Positions 16,295 through 16,712 of a DNA stretch of 16,712 nt are shown here, one piece after another. A model generated the notes under the pieces. The model was not told the DNA's origin and did not search any database. It saw nothing but the letters and a program-made list of their open reading frames with translations. The translations under genes and the position numbers were made by a program. Positions within the stretch are counted from its first letter, which is position 1; each line of letters starts with the position of its first letter. Location: NCBI GenBank assembly GCA_047631715.1, contig JBLICC010000020.1, forward strand, positions 1 through 16,712, written 5' to 3'. The DNA is from Alteromonas naphthalenivorans (GTDB lineage Bacteria > Babelota > Babeliae > Babelales > CAIQNR01).

Positions 16295-16321
16295 ACTGCC
16301 TCATTAATTCAAAGGCATAGT

Positions 16322-16712
16322 ATGTTACAGCGCCAAACAATAATTACTTTTTTTTTACTCATTCACTTTTCTGTGCAATCACAAACGTGGTCAGAGTTTA
16401 TAAAGCAAGATGCAAAAGATACGCTTGCTACAGGTATGCCGATTGCTATTGGTGCTACGGCTTTATGGTATTTGGCTAATCGTATTCCCTATGATTGGAA
16501 AAATCTTACCAATCCATCATCAGAGTTTATTTATAAAACATGGGAAGACCAAGGGTTTTCAAGGGCACGTCATGTACTATTAAAACGTATTCCTCATGAT
16601 TCTGCATTATCCAAAATAGTAGTCTATACACAAGAACTTCCTGGAGCATTGGCTGTAGGAGAACCGTTTATTGTTCGCATAGAATCTTTATTGCAACAAA
16701 AAGAAGACTTAG
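16322..16712 (+). CDS. Hypothetical signal-peptide protein, 3'-truncated by window edge (absent from the ORF track)
   Basis: Manual translation open for 130 codons to the edge: MLQRQTIITFFLLIHFSVQSQTWSEFIKQDAKDTLATGMPIAIGATALWYLANRIPYDW...QELPGALAVGEPFIVRIESLLQQKEDL. Confidence 0.75.
   Translation, partial: MLQRQTIITFFLLIHFSVQSQTWSEFIKQDAKDTLATGMPIAIGATALWYLANRIPYDWKNLTNPSSEFIYKTWEDQGFSRARHVLLKRIPHDSALSKIVVYTQELPGALAVGEPFIVRIESLLQQKEDL

Noticed and set aside
16322..16712. Edge ORF as an M48-like peptidase
   Set aside because: Only a vague resemblance; no HExxH motif within the window.

Overview
AT-rich bacterial chromosomal window, almost entirely + strand. Order: 3' end of a BatD-like gene, a BatE-like TPR/SH3 gene, an M23 peptidase, signal peptidase I (lepB), a lipoprotein rhodanese, tRNA-Cys(GCA), tRNA-Leu(TAA), HU with an intrinsic terminator, a FUN14-family membrane protein, a stand-alone PilB/GspE N-terminal (MshEN/T2SSE_N-like) protein, three orphan signal-peptide proteins, and sufC-sufB-sufD. 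A 1715-aa secreted TPR/Sel1-like orphan on the - strand then separates sufCBD from sufS, and a truncated signal-peptide ORF runs off the right edge. The many orphan secreted proteins and the gene order suggest a host-associated lineage such as Babelota/Dependentiae (TM6); this is inference and was not checked. No transposase, integrase, CRISPR array or rRNA was seen. Most notable: the giant effector-like gene inside the suf cluster; sufS with its own promoter, a 7-codon leader ORF and flanking inverted repeats; the FUN14 plus ATPase-less MshEN pair; a candidate ATT start codon; and an A11 slippage tract in the M23 gene. All calls come from reading motifs by eye, without database searches.
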